A DNA stretch of 64,000 nucleotides from Adineta vaga (Eukaryota; Animalia; Rotifera): contig CP075492.1 in assembly GCA_021613535.1 (NCBI GenBank), positions 15,934,001 through 15,998,000 on the forward strand, read 5' to 3'. Below the pieces are notes generated by a model that had not been told where the DNA came from, searched no databases, and saw only the letters and a program-made list of their open reading frames with translations. This document shows, piece by piece, positions 51,934-64,000 of the stretch (the stretch's first letter is position 1; each line of letters opens with the position of its first letter). Both the position numbers and the translations under genes were made by a program.

Positions 51934-52845
51934 TTATTGACATTTTAATTTGCTAAAGACCTTGAGAAAATCTTTACGAAATGCGTTGGATGCTACAAAG
52001 TACGTATAGAACGGAGTTGCAAAGCTTAAATATATAAGTATTGCTCCAATAGTAGAGAAGAAACTTTCAATTTGAATATATTCTTGACTTTTATTTATTT
52101 CCATATAATTACTAACTGCAATTTCTAAAACGATGAATGGATAAAGAAAAATTGTTAATACATAGACAATTGCTTGAGCAAATACTATAAGAAATAATTC
52201 TCGATCTCGACGATGAATAACAACAGCATCATTATTATTTGTAGGTCGAATACGTTTATGTAATCTAATCAAATTACGATAAGATAAATAAGCAAATACG
52301 ATCATTAATATTGGTGGAATAAACGAAAGAAATATTGCAAGATAAACAGAATAAATTATGGAATATGTACGAACGAATGTACATGATCTATTAATTGTTG
52401 CGAATAATAATGAAGGAATAGATATAATATGCCAAAAAATAATCATTATTCCGATAATAAATCGAGATGTTGAAGATTTATTAATAAATCTAAAACATTT
52501 ATATTGAGTGACTAAAACGAAACGATCAATACATGCAAGTACTGCGAAATATACAGCTGCTTGTTGCCATGATTGAGATAAATAATAACGTAATTGACAA
52601 AGAATAATAGAATTATTTGTTGGATTTCCATAATCTATTCCATAGAGTGATAATGATACATTGAATGTTAAACAAATACTATTAAATAAAGCATTGAATA
52701 ATAAATACATTGCACATGAACTTTGACGACGTTGACTAAACATAATTACAATACAGATATTACCAAGATTACCCAAAATTACGATAATAGGTGTTCCATA
52801 ACGAATTATTTGAATTTGTATAAACGGTAACATTGATGTTGACAT
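51934..52845 (-). CDS. Rhodopsin-like orphan GPCR
   Basis: GNLGN in TM1, LCQLRYY, LACIDRF, PPILM, PFYTY...FR. Likely start MSTSML at 52845. Confidence 0.85.
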   Translation of the reverse strand: MSTSMLPFIQIQIIRYGTPIIVILGNLGNICIVIMFSQRRQSSCAMYLLFNALFNSICLTFNVSLSLYGIDYGNPTNNSIILCQLRYYLSQSWQQAAVYFAVLACIDRFVLVTQYKCFRFINKSSTSRFIIGIMIIFWHIISIPSLLFATINRSCTFVRTYSIIYSVYLAIFLSFIPPILMIVFAYLSYRNLIRLHKRIRPTNNNDAVVIHRRDRELFLIVFAQAIVYVLTIFLYPFIVLEIAVSNYMEINKSQEYIQIESFFSTIGAILIYLSFATPFYTYFVASNAFRKDFLKVFSKLKCQ

Positions 52846-54046
52846 TATCGCTATTTTAATCGTACTAAATAATAAAGAATACGATCCGTATGAAACTAGT
52901 AAGTATTGAAACGTAGACAAGTTTTCTTTTCTTTTCAAATCATGTTGTAATATAAAGAACATGCCTTTATATAAAAATAAAATATTCATCATATTAAAAA
53001 ATTCTCCCACGGCTTTTTTAGTCAAAAAAAAGCTCAAAATATTATAGCTAATATGACATATGCCTTCTAATATAGTATAGTGTCGTGTCACAACATTGTA
53101 AATCAGTTTAATCAAAATTCCATTTATCAGTAATTATTTCTTTTTGTAGAATAAGAAAAGAAAAATGAGCGCAAAATCTAAGTCATTTGTTCAGTTCATT
53201 ACCATAACAGGTCACAGTCGCATATAAACTATGTGAAATCTACCTTTTAGACACAAAAGACCTGTGGTAAAAAGTCTTTTGATGGGTAATTATATTATTA
53301 ATTATATGAAGTTCAGAATACCATAGGGCTTCAAAGAAATAGTAGTGTTAAACTTGAATTGAAATTTCCATTGAACACAACTTCTTTCCTCTACAGTAAT
53401 TGTTTTTTTTTAAAAGAAAAATAATGAAATATTTCTAAGGAAGCGAAAAGAAGAATGTAATTAAGGAAAACTCGAGTTTTGAAAATGATTGCTTAGAACA
53501 ATATGTTGTTAAGCAAAGCAACAGAGAATTGATATATGCATTCTTTTTCACATGACAAACAAAATTGCTTTGTCCGAGTCTTGAATTATAAAACATGCTA
53601 TAATATAAACTACTGTGTTTGTTATAACTTCTGATAAAATTAATTCATAAATATCATACAATACAAGTACACACATTCTTAGTCTTGTATTTCTTCTAAT
53701 GATTGAAATATGAGATTAATATGTATACTCAAAAAGTGTTTATATTTATACATGTATTACAGTTAATATTCAATGTGAGTATAAGATTAAACTATAACGA
53801 TGTATTTGTGTATGTTATACAGAATTAGGAAAGGAAAAGAAGAAATATTTTTTTCTATTGTTTGTATCATATACTCTTTGAACGATAGTAATTACATCGA
53901 TAATTGAAAAAACATAATTATATAAATTCTTCAAAGTATAATAACGTTGAATTATATAAACATTTTCAAAAAAAACCCATTGCATATCTGACAGACGTTT
54001 TAGATCATTAGCTTTTGTTGAATAGAAACAAAAAGAGAATAATACA

Positions 54047-55492
54047 ATGATTTCAATGAATAATTTCAAATTCTGCTTTATTTTATTCATCATCGGACAA
54101 ATATCAGGTAAACGATCACTATTGTTGTTTTTTTCTGTTTATATTAATGTGAAACCTTTCATTCTTATTTCTTCTAATGTAAATTTCTTTAAGGTCTTTC
54201 ATTAAATCAACCAAAATTTTGTTCATCAGCAATGTGGAATTCTAGTGGAGTTACTTTTGCAACAAGTGTCAATCAGTTGACTAATGGATCAGTTTACTCT
54301 TTATTTATCAAGAATAACAATGAAATTTATGTTGTCGATGATAAAAAGTCTCGAATTCATATTTGGTTAAATAATTCGATAAATTCAACTATAACAATAA
54401 AAGGCAATTTATCAAATCCAAGATCTGTTTTTGTTCATGATAATAATGATATCTATATTGATAATGGATATTCACTTGGTCGAATTGAAAAATGGACATT
54501 AAATAGCAATATAAGTATTCCTATAATGTATGTACCAACATCATGTTATGATCTTTTTATTGATATTAATGATACAATATATTGTTCATTGGATATTTAT
54601 CATAAAATTGTAAAAAAATCGTTAGGAAATAATGAAACAGGAATGATCACTATTGCTGGAACTGGAAGTGCTGATTCGACTGCGACTACATTTAATTATC
54701 CAAATGGAATATTTGTTGATCTGAATTTTAATATGTATGTTGCTGATTGTCTTAATCATCGAATTCAATTTTTTCGACCAGGACAATCAAATGGAATAAC
54801 TATTGCAGGAATTACATCAATAAATACGACAATTAGTCTTAATCGTCCAACGGGAATTACACTTGATGACGATGGTTATTTATATATTGTTGATCATTAT
54901 AATAATCGGATTGTTAGAGGAAAATCGAATAGTTTTCGATGTCTACTTGGATGTTCTGCTACGGGAACAGAAGCTATTCTTTTAGGAAATCCACGACATA
55001 TGGCTTTCGATAGTTTTGGAAATATTTATGTTGCTGATTGGGGAAATAATCGAATTCAAAAATTTCTTTATCTCAAATCTTCATGTGGTAAATTAAAAGA
55101 AAAATATGTTAATAAATCATGGTTCTCTTTTCATCTCTAGATCCAACCACTACGAGTACTACTACGTCATCTACACAAGGTTTGTTCTCTTGTTTTCCTT
55201 AAAGTTAATAACATTGGTTTATCTAATCTATTTAAGGATCATCAACTACATCGATACGAAGAAACACAACAGTTTTAACAACCAAAAGAGAAAATAGTAG
55301 TTCTACAATAATAATTAATACACCTGCAATATCACGCTCAACAAGGATAATAATTGGATACGCTGTACAATGTTTGGTACTCTTGGCATTTTATATCTAA
55401 AAACTTTTCACTCAAAAGATACTTATTGCAATACACATTCTTTCTTTCTTTGCTTCATGTTTATTCTCCTACTATTTATTTTACAAACTTGA
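54047..55492 (+). CDS. Secreted NHL beta-propeller protein with Ser/Thr stalk and hydrophobic C-tail (GPI-like)
   Basis: Signal exon MISMNNFKFCFILFIIGQISG, NHL exon (LSLNQPKFCSSAMWN...IYVADWGNNRIQKF), two small 3' exons. Confidence 0.75.
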
Positions 55493-55744
55493 ATATATAA
55501 TTTGAAAATAAAGAAGAAAAAAGAGACAATCCATCGTCCGAATATAAAATTGTGTTCGTTTCTTCTTCAATAGTGACAAGTCACAGTTGAGTAACTTTCT
55601 TTTTTTTCTCAATAGACATGAAAAAGGATGTAATTTTTTTTTATTCTGTTCTTTCATCACGTGTTTTATTTGAACGAATCTTTCACTTAATTTCCAATAT
55701 CAATGCATTGTCTAAATATCCAAGTTTTTCAAGAATAATCATCA

Positions 55745-56821
55745 ATGAGACTATTACGATCATCCAGTTTTGTATTAAAACGATTATCAACAATTATTTC
55801 ATGTATTTTGATTATTTATATCTTTTATGTTCATAATAAGAAACAAATTCCATCGAAAAATAATCATGTCAAAAAAAATGAAACTACATCTCCTTTTCAA
55901 CATACTCTTGGTTTTATTCGTTGGAATTCCTTACATCCCGAACGAATACCTCTCATGGAAAAATATCGACCTTTCTTTGCTGAATTACATTATTCCATGC
56001 CAAATTATACAACACATATTACTTTAACTGCAGACGGATGGAAACCATTTAAAGATGTGTATAAAGCTGTTGCAAGTACAATGAAAATTATTTTATTAAA
56101 CTATTCAGATATTCAAGGAATATTATATTTTCATTTTGATGTAAGTTTGTTATTTTAATCTTGATTATGATATAATTCATTTCTATTAAGGCATGGATAC
56201 AACCATTAAGATTTGATGATATGGATTTTCGTAAGATTTGGTTTCCTGATTCAGTTGTTCCACCATTTAAATGTGTGAATGATACAAAAGGATGGGAATG
56301 GTGGGCATGGAAGGATGGATATCATTTAACGGCGAAACGAGCTACAAAAAATGTTGCGAAGACCTATCCAACAGAATATGTTGTGAATAAAGAAATCTTC
56401 TGTGGCGGGTAAGAATGATTTTTCACATATAGATTTTTCGATTGGAATTGAAATTTTTAGATGGTCTGATATATATTATATTCCAAGACATTTTTTTCGT
56501 GATTTTATCAAATTAGGACAAATATTTTATGCAGCTGATTCATTTCATGAAGTAGCAATACCAACAATAATCAATATAATTGATCTAACTTATCGATTAA
56601 CACCTTATCATAGTGTAGTTACACGTCTTGGAGATTGTTGGGGTCATTGTTGTCTAAATGGTGCAAGTCCTGATGATATTAAACGACATCGATGTGGTCA
56701 TAGAATTACATTAACAAACGAAGATGTCAAACAAACATTAATTGAGATTTTACAATCAGGAGCATTATATCTTAATAGGCCAATCAAAAATTTGACTAGA
56801 CATAGGAAAATAAATATTTAA
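55745..56821 (+). CDS. Type II membrane putative glycosyltransferase, STELLO/DUF288-like (3 exons)
   Basis: N-terminal TM, GILYFHFDAW and WSDIYYIPR...F.EVAIPTI motifs. Exons 55745-56140, 56191-56408, 56461-56821. Confidence 0.6.
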
Positions 56822-57000
56822 TTTTTTAGATAAATGATAATTCCCTTTGTTCTAAGTTATATTTTAAAATAGGTATAATAAGTATCTTCATCCTCGATTT
56901 TGTACGAAGTCAAGCTCTTGTGGTATGGTCATCTTCGGTAGAAGTTGTTGTTGTTGTTACGTCATCTGGACCACGTGGCAACTATCGGTCCAGAATATAA

Positions 57001-57076
57001 CTGAAATTCATCGGCAAGATTTTGTGCTCCGTTGTCTCCCACTTTGATTATTTCCAATGTTGAGTTTAGTGAGTAT
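57001..57076 (-). pseudogene. Orphan single RI-type LRR exon remnant
   Basis: After a TAG acceptor: ILTKLNIGNNQSGDNGAQNLADEFQ, matching the LxxLxLxxNxIGDxGAxxLA consensus. Confidence 0.45.
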
Positions 57077-57623
57077 CTATATGCAATAGGAATGAAAATA
57101 GTAAACACAATATTTGATATCTAACTTTATCTATAGAAAGAAATGTATTCTGCATGAACGAGGTCGTTCATTTTCAGAGATAACATACCATAAGCAATGA
57201 ATTATTCTTTTGCCATCTTTTCATTCTCATGTTCTATGATGGTGTGATGGACCGAGTACGATAACGTTTATTGTAAATTGTTTGAAATATTTCGACAATG
57301 GTAGATTCAATAGTTAAACCATCATTTATCTGAGCTAAGGGTATAGCTTTATGTTAACCAATTATTGAAAATGAAATCACTTGAACAGAATTTAATAATA
57401 ATATAAACTTTTCTTTTTTTCTTCTCCTTCTTCTATTGAAAAATTCAATTATTATATATATAAACACTTTAAAACTAAATCATATATTTTGTAACGGATA
57501 TAATTAACAGAAAAATACTCTCAATAAAATACCATCATCAACTTTTTATTCATATTCACATAGATACAGAAAACAGAAACATCAACATAATATTCTCATT
57601 TTTTTTCTAATCATATATATGCA

Positions 57624-59139
57624 ATGTTAATGTTGTTTAAAAGAGAATTTATAATATGGATTTTCATGTTTCTATTATTGGATTTTAGTAAAGGTAAACA
57701 TTATTATATTTAAATGATTAATATTCTTTTTTGAAAAGAAAATATTCTATAAATCACTTATTAATAATATAATGACAAACTGGATGAGTAATTGACCATT
57801 TCTTATAGTACAGATGTTTATTGAGATATCGATAGTGTCATCAGTTGGACAAATCTACTCACGCACAGGATGTGACAGAAAACTCTTTAATTCATTGCAT
57901 ATTTATATAATCTAATACTTATAGGTTCTTTAATATCATATAATTTACCAAATTTATGTTCAAATGTTTCATGGAATCCTAATGGAAGTATATTTACATC
58001 CGCTTATTCGAAACCTTATGGTTTATTTATTGATATTACTAATAATCTATATGTTACCGAACAAGACACAAATCGTATTCAAATATGGTTCAATGATAAT
58101 ACTATTCCTATGAAAACAATCGCATATCCTTTAAATAATCCCGGTGCAATTTTTGTTACAATCAATGGTGATATTTATGTTGATAGTGGAAATAATAAAC
58201 GTATAGAAAAATGGACAACAGATTCTTTAAATGGAATTATTATTGCAAATATTAATGCACAATGTTTAGGACTTTTTATTGATAATAATAATACACTTTA
58301 TTGTTCATCAAGTGATATTCATCAAGTAGTTGCTAAATCATTAACAGATGATATCAATTCGACAATGAGAATTATAGCTGGTACTGGTATTGGAGGAGAA
58401 GGATCCTCTCAACTTTGGTATCCTAATGGAATATTTGTTGATAGTTATTTTAATTTATATGTAGCTGATTGGAGAAATAATAGAATACAAAAATTTCGAT
58501 CCGGATTATCTATTGGAGAGACCGTAGTTGGAAATGGAGCAGTAAATACGATTTATTTATGGGGACCAGTTGCAATTATTCTTGATGCTAATAATTATAT
58601 GTTTATAAGTGATACGTACTATAATCGAATTGTTGGCTCAGGTCCAAATGGATTTCAATGTTTGGTTGGATGTTCATCACAAAGTGGTTCATCAATAAAT
58701 CAACTTAATGGTCCACGTCATCTTAGTTTTGATAGTTATGGAAATTTATTTGTTGCCGATCGAGAAAATAATCGAATTATGAAATATCAAATACAGAATA
58801 ATATTTGTCGTATGTTTCATTTTAATATATTCAGAAGCGGGAGAGAGAGAGAGAATGCCTACGTTTAAAATGAAAAATTATATCATTGAAATATCTATTT
58901 ACGTAAAGTTCGTTTTTTTTATAGAACAAAATACAACATCATCAATTATTCAAATAACTTCAACCAACAAAAGTATATGTATTATTTAAATTAGACTATG
59001 AATATCTATATATAATATAATTTTAGTTTTAACAACGACAAGTGAATCAACGTATAATAATAAGAGTAAAATGCATCATAAGAACTTTTATGTCATATCC
59101 GTTCAAATAATAATCATTTTTCAAGTTTTATTTCAATAA
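57624..59139 (+). CDS. Secreted NHL beta-propeller protein with short stalk and hydrophobic C-tail
   Basis: Signal exon MLMLFKREFIIWIFMFLLLDFSKG, NHL exon from about 57925 (SYNLPNLCSNVSWNPNG...), two small 3' exons. Confidence 0.75.
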
Positions 59140-59246
59140 AGAATAAACAAAAAAATGAAGACAAAAAATAGAAATTAATTTTTTATTTGTACTGTAAGAA
59201 CAACATAAATTATCATCAAAGAATGTTTCTGTTTTTCTCATTTATT

Positions 59247-62200
59247 TCAATCTGAACAATTATAAGTATTTAATAAAATTCCAACATTATTTAATATTTG
59301 ATCTGTAGTAACAATATCAATTCTACCATCATTATTAAAATCACCAGAATTAATCGAACTTAAAATTCCTTGTGAAGCAGTTGGAAATGTTATTTGAGGT
59401 AGAAAACTTCCATTACCAAATCCAAGTAAAATACCAATTTTATGTGAATAACTATTACTAACAGCAAGATCTAATTGACCATCATTATTAAAATCATTGA
59501 CAGTAATCGAATTCGGACAACTATAATCACCAGTTGAATATGTAATTTGTTTTTGAAAATTTTGAAAATCATTTGTAATTATTATGCCTATATTCATTAA
59601 TCCACAATTAGCAATAGCAAAATCTAATTGATTATCATTATTAAAATCAGCGACAACAATTGATTTTGGCAAATTATTATCTCCAATTGAAATTGTAAAT
59701 GAAACACTGAAATATCCATAACCATTATTAAATAATATTTCTAGATTATCGTAATGACTATTCAATACAACAATATCTAAATATGTATCATAATTGAAAT
59801 CACCTAGAGCAAGTATATTTGGATAACAAACGGATCCTGAAAGAAATTTTCTTTCGATTTCAAAAGTTCCATCACCATTTCCAATGAAAATACCAATTGT
59901 ACAAGCATTTTCATTAGCTGTTGCAAGATCTTGATGATTGTCATGATTAAAATCGCCAACAATAATTGATGTTGGTGAATAAGTTGATCCATTAAGAAAT
60001 ATCATTGGTATTTGAAAAGTTCCATCACCATTACCGAATAGTAAACCTACTCCAATGGTATTAAAAATTCCAATAGCAAGATCAATATGTCCATCATGAT
60101 TGAAATCACTAGTCGATATTGAACTAGGAGTATTTCCATATCCAATAAAATAAGTTATTTGGGATTGAAAAGTTCCATTCTTTTGATTAAGAAAAATACC
60201 AATACTCCATGTACCATCATTAGCAATAGCAAGATCTAATTGATTATCATTATTAAAATCACCGACAGTCACTACATTGGTTTTGATGAAGAACCAGTTT
60301 CATAAAAATTGATTTCTTCAAATGTTAATGGACAAGTTGATACTATATAATAAAACAATCTTATAGAGTTTAGTATATCTCAAATGTGTATTCAGTTTCG
60401 ATTGTTTTTTCTTACATACTTGTTGTGATTATTGTTGATACCATGATTTCAGATGTTAGACTAGATGAAGTAAAAGTAATCTCATCTAAATTAATTCAAA
60501 GAATAAACAATTATAGTGATGTGAAATGAAATCAAAGACATACTTGTTGATAGAATAGAATTTTTGATGGATTGTTTTCTCAAATAAATTGATGTAATAA
60601 TCATTGAAGTAATCATACCAATGAATATTAGAATACCAAAAATAAAACTATATTGTGATTTTCTATTAAAAATTAAGTTTTCATATGAAAATGAACTCAT
60701 TGCTTTTGTACTGTGAATATCATTGGTAAGATTTGAAATATTTTTTGAATTATCCATTTGATTATTTGTTTCCATCGGATACAATTCAGATGAGATAATA
60801 TTACTTCGTTTTTTCCAACGTTGTTGTAAACAATAGGTAATATAAATCATATAAGGACAAATCCATTTAAGAATCGATGCAAGACCACCACATGTACCAA
60901 GTAAAATAGTTATTGTATATAATGAATTAAGTTTTTGAATATATGAATATAGACATACGGTTGGTAAACATGCATTAAAATATGATTTATAATTGATTTT
61001 AATTGACCAATTTTCAATGAAAAGATTTTGAACAAGATTAATTATAGTTGTATTAATTAAAAATTGACTTTTATTTTTTCGTAGTGCTAATGGAGTATGA
61101 ATTCTATCATTCGTTTTCATTTGTTTATAAATAAGTTTTAAACATGTTTGATCATAAAAACATTCGAGTGTTGAAGAAAAAAATGATTCACTTGGTGTAC
61201 AACCTATTTTTAATCCTTTAATTGGTAAAAGTTTTGATGAATTTTTATCAATAAAATTTGCCTGACTTGTACAAGTTGATGTTAATGAACATGAACAATT
61301 ATTATCATAAATTTTTGCTTGACTAAGTGCTGGTGAAAAACTTGCGTTATACCAAGGAAAAATATATTCATAATTTGTTTCATATGTTGATATTATCGAA
61401 TTACCATGATTGATGGATCGAAGTAAATAAATGAGGCGATCTATTAGAATTGGAGAATTACTTTTACTTTGTTCAATAATAGAATTGATTTGTATATTAA
61501 ATGTTAATGGAGATATAAGATGAATAGTAACAAAAAATGATGATAAGAATTGAATAATATTATCATTCATTGATTTCATTGATAATTCACATAATCCAGA
61601 TAGAAATTGTAGATGAGATGAAATCAAACGACGATAATCATTTAGTGAATAAATAGAAAGATTAGAAAGAAGTTCAGATGTTAAATCAAATTGCCATTGA
61701 TATGATACAAATAGACTTGAACAAATCTAGAATTGTTATTTCATGATAATTCTCTTCTATTACATTGAAATATTTACCTGATGAAATATTGGCTTGATTT
61801 CAATAAATTGATCATATGTTGATGAAATTGATGAACAAGGACATTGAAGTGTATCGCTATAATCACGTAATAACTCATTATAAGTTTTATATGATGGATT
61901 TGTTATTGTTTTTATTAAAATTTCTGGTTCAATAGCAGTATTAAGAAAAAGTATAATGAATCCAATAATCATAAGAATAATATAGAGACGAGTAGCTAAA
62001 TGACCAAGATATTTCGCTTCTTTTCGATCAATATTTCCTCCAAAATTTCGACGAGAAAATATATTTAAATTGATCAATGTTGAAAATAAAAATATTCGAA
62101 GATTTTTAAATATGATTTCAAGTCTTTTTAAAATTGTTATTTTATCTTAATATAGAAAAATATTCGAATGAATTCTATTCTTTTTCAAAAGAAAAAACAA

Positions 62201-64000
62201 AAATCTTCTTTACTTTGCTTTTTCATTTTAGTTTTTCTTAAATTTAAAATAATTGTCACAAGATGTGGTGTTAAAAAACGTAATATAATAGTCAAACCAC
62301 CAATTATTGATGTTAATTTTAATAGAATTCCCAGAAAACCAATGCCATGAATTACACGAGTATATATACAATAATTTGGTAAACAATTATTATAATACTG
62401 ATCAAATGATGAGGAAAAATTCCATTGTTCAACCATTAATTGTTTAACTAGGATTGAGATCGTAAGATTTGGAGAAAAACGACTTTGGAATGAATTGTAA
62501 ATAAGAGGTCGAGCTTGAAACCAAGAGATTTTTGAATCACTTTCAAATGAATTATTTATATAATGATATTGTATTGATAAACATGATTCTGAATAATAAC
62601 ATTCAAGTGTTGAAAGTAAAAGTGAATCAATAGTAAAACAACCCATCATTATACCAGGTATAATATATGGATTAGAATAATCTGTATAAGTTGCTCGTAA
62701 ATCATATAAAGAAACTGAACTTTGACAATGATGATTTGTTGCACAAATACATTGAACAGCTGTTGAATTTACATTCAATACACCATTCATTTGAAATTGA
62801 ACCTAAAAAAGAAAAAGAAATGTTTTCAAATATTTTTATATAGAATAAATAAATAAAAAGAACTTGTTTAAATAATTGTTCATTCGTATTATTAATTATT
62901 AAATCTTTGAAAATTAGTTTTGCGTTATCAAATAATGTAAATGGTTGATCAATTTGAGTAAAAAGATGAACTATATCAATAAGAAGACTAAATTGAACAA
63001 TTAAAGAAGTAATAAAGTGATTCATTGTGGAATTTAATTGTGCAAAAAAATCTGATTCCATTACAATATATGATGTAACTAAAGATCGTGTTTGAAAACG
63101 ACGAATTGCATCGTTTAGAGTTTTATTAGCTAATTGACAAATAGTTGATAATAAACGAAAATGATTTGATCCTAAACCACGCCAAATATAATTAGTTCTT
63201 GTTGTAGGTCTCACAGAAACAAATGATAATAATGAAATCCAAGATTCAGTTATAAAATCACTTGAACAGATTTGATGAAATATCGGAGAAAATGAAATAA
63301 ATTTATGATATGAAACAAGTGGATTTTGACAAATACATCGTAATTTATTTGGATACAAATTTTGTAATGATTTATATGTTATTAATGAAGGATTTGATAC
63401 ATTTATTGTAATGTTTAATCGTGTTAATAAGAAAAATATTAAAATTATCAAAATTGAACCTTTAATAAAAATATATTTAGTATCGATTTCTGTATAGTTC
63501 GGTGAAAAGTGTGAGTCAAATGTCGTCAATATCTAACTCGCACTTTCCCCTTGGTGGTTTCGATACATATTTAATAAAGAATGAATAAAAAAAGAAAGCA
63601 ATTGTATCGTTCTTACTTATGAGTAAAATAAAATATACACGTGTAGTAATACGTTGTTGTTTGATAGAAATTTGTGATTTAAATAAATTTAATTGTTTAA
63701 TCCATTGAGAAACATTTTCAATCGATGTTAGAATGAGTTCTAAAATAATTCGAAAACAAAACATCTTTTTTTTTTGTTTCTGTTTAAACTTAATTTTACC
63801 TCGATTAAACTTCATAGTTGGTAAATTATCTTTCAATGTTAATGAAATATCGACTAAGAATATAACAAATATACGAAGTATAATTGTTAAACAACCATAA
63901 AAACTAAGTAAAAGTGTAATTAAATATGAGAAATCCATTTGATTAGGTTTTGTATATGTACAATATTCTGGTGAACATTTAAGAAAATATTCTGTATAAT
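59247..64000 (-). CDS. Large multi-exon membrane protein: at least 3 Cys-rich two-TM modules + extra TM + C-terminal FG-GAP/VCBS repeat propeller; starts outside the window; frameshift near 60275
   Basis: Modules with L.C.C, HQICSS, GC, CFY and C.P..C.Y motifs homologous to 12783-19179. About 7 GDFNNDxxLD repeats at 59247-60272. Confidence 0.75.

Noticed and set aside
2140-62350. Numerous 60-110 aa ORFs overlapping or antisense to real genes, or in AT-rich spacers
   Set aside because: No motifs; they are shadow frames or the hydrophobic bias of AT-rich DNA, and many start at TTG/GTG, which is not expected in this eukaryote.
1-64000. Bacterial contig or contamination, given the bacterial-type enzymes
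   Set aside because: Spliceosomal introns occur within those genes, and they are interspersed with GPCR, DED and Hv1 genes at similar base composition.

Overview
AT-rich (~30% GC) eukaryotic DNA with short GT-AG introns (40-60 nt). Gene families (NHL beta-propeller surface proteins, orphan rhodopsin-like GPCRs, ART-TPR proteins, FG-GAP repeats, Cys-rich two-TM modules, several bacterial/fungal-type enzymes) point to a bdelloid rotifer such as Adineta or Rotaria; this is inferred from family content, not from a search. There are about 22 intact-looking genes and several decaying pseudogenes. The most unusual signal is non-coding: a dispersed family of about 8 complete and 6 partial 55-80 bp hairpins. 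Their arms are 3-4 telomere-like hexamers (TCT-TGAGGG-TGTGGG-TGTGGG-TA ... reverse complement) in head-to-head polarity. Some copies show compensatory changes between arms, many sit just past gene 3' ends, and one coincides exactly with a pseudogene truncation point. Other highlights: a DED-TM-NHL receptor-like gene, an Hv1-like channel with non-canonical selectivity residues, a three-exon concatenated two-TM-module gene with homogenised framework and a hypervariable patch, a pair of ADP-ribosyltransferases, an intron-bearing bacterial-type TIGR03790 gene, and a 570-bp foldback MITE.
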